Source: an uncultured delta proteobacterium
GTDB lineage: Bacteria > Myxococcota_A > Polyangia > Polyangiales > JAFGIB01
Direction of reading: 5' to 3'
NCBI GenBank assembly: GCA_963778655.1
Contig: CAVZVA010000010.1
Coordinates: 1,088,001 to 1,152,000 of the forward strand
Length of the DNA: 64,000 nucleotides
Positions within the stretch are counted from its first letter, which is position 1, and every line of letters begins with the position of its first letter. This document shows, one piece after another, positions 62,956 through 64,000 of this stretch. The notes below the pieces were generated by a model. The model was not told where the DNA came from. It did no database searches and saw only the letters and a list, made by a program, of their open reading frames with translations. A program made the position numbers and the translations under genes.

Positions 62956-63900
62956 TCAGCCCCCGAGGCCCCCGGGCGTGCCCGCTCCGACCAGCTCGCG
63001 CACCTGCGCCGGGCTCTCGGTCCAACCCGGCACCACCTTGACCCATAGCTTCAGGAACACCTTGCGCTGCAGCAGCTGTTCGATCTGCAGCCGCGCCGCG
63101 GTGCCGATCTGCTTGAGCCGCTGGCCGCGCTCGCCGATCACGATGCCCTTTTGCGACTCTTTCTCCACCACGATCGTGGCTGCGATGCGGCACAGCTTGC
63201 CTTCGTCGGAGAGCTCGTCGAGCACCACCGCCACGGCGTAGGGCACCTCCTGGCGGGTGCTCTCGATCACGGCTTCGCGCACCAGCTCCGCGGCGAAGAA
63301 GCGCTCGGGCTTGTCGGTGAGCAGCTCCTTGTCGTAGCGCAGCCCGACCGGCAGCAGTGCTCCGACCTCGCGTACCAGCGCGTCGAGGTTGACCCCGCGG
63401 CGCGCGGAGATCGGCACCACCGCAGCAAAGGGAAAGCTCTTCGCGCAGCGCTCGAGCAGCGGCAGCAGCAAGGCCTTGTTCTTGACGCGGTCGACCTTGT
63501 TCAGCGCGAGCACCACCGGCACGCCGTCCTTGCGCGCGGCCTCGAGCAGCTCCTGCTCTTCGGCGCCGAGCACGTCGCCGGGCGCGGGGTCTTGGCCGAG
63601 CTGGGCGACCAGCACGATCACGTCCGCGCCGCTGCGCCCGCCCTTGGCTTCTTCCAACAGCGCCCGGCCGAGCGCGTTGCGCGGCTGGTGCAGCCCCGGG
63701 GTGTCGACAAACGCGATCTGCAGCGGCGGCTCGTCCTGCAGGTAAACGCCCAGGATGCAGGTGCGCGTGGTCTGCGGCTTGGCGGTCGCGATCGCCAGCT
63801 TCTGGCCGAGCAGCGCGTTGAGCAGCGTCGACTTGCCGACGTTGGGACGGCCGGCGATGGCACAGCGGCCGCTTCTGGGTTCGAGGTCCTGGTCCGACAC
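62956..63900 (-). CDS. era: GTPase Era
   Basis: GRPNVGKSTL, KPQTTR, DTPG, NKVD, EVPY, SQKGIVIG KH domain. Confidence 0.95.
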   Translation of the reverse strand: MSDQDLEPRSGRCAIAGRPNVGKSTLLNALLGQKLAIATAKPQTTRTCILGVYLQDEPPLQIAFVDTPGLHQPRNALGRALLEEAKGGRSGADVIVLVAQLGQDPAPGDVLGAEEQELLEAARKDGVPVVLALNKVDRVKNKALLLPLLERCAKSFPFAAVVPISARRGVNLDALVREVGALLPVGLRYDKELLTDKPERFFAAELVREAVIESTRQEVPYAVAVVLDELSDEGKLCRIAATIVVEKESQKGIVIGERGQRLKQIGTAARLQIEQLLQRKVFLKLWVKVVPGWTESPAQVRELVGAGTPGGLGG

Positions 63901-64000
63901 GCGGCGGAGTCTGACACCGAGCGTGAACGCGGTCGACCACGCGCCTTGGGGGCCGGCAGGGGCGCGCGTCCAGGGCGTTCGGTAAGCGTTCGGCCACGCG

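Noticed and set aside
63901..64000. 3' end of rnc upstream of era
   Set aside because: Expected from common synteny, but no recognisable motif in the 100 bp available.

Overview
High-GC chromosomal segment, most consistent with a myxobacterium (Myxococcota, Polyangia-like): many Cys-rich lipoproteins, an AgmX/PglI-type protein, a MYXO-CTERM-like tail and a myxobacterial TonB-dependent receptor. Core genes are hisD, ligA, an msrB-msrA fusion, era and der. No rRNA, tRNA, CRISPR array, transposase or integrase was seen. Two signals stand out. (1) A lower-GC two-gene cassette (13452-19128) encodes a Schlafen/AlbA_2-HATPase protein coupled to a 1502-aa STAND/NACHT-like ATPase with a degenerate cyclase-like N-terminus and a C-terminal PD-(D/E)xK nuclease; it is a candidate anti-phage system. 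(2) An apparently complete ribosome-dependent attenuator (promoter, 48-aa leader ORF, antiterminator, terminator) precedes an MFS transporter. Also present: two REP-like repeat families (one as a 99-bp tandem array), two identical-context +1 frameshifts, a NUDIX/methyltransferase deletion chimera and a surface protein with a ZU5-like HFS motif. All calls come from reading motifs by eye; no database searches were run.
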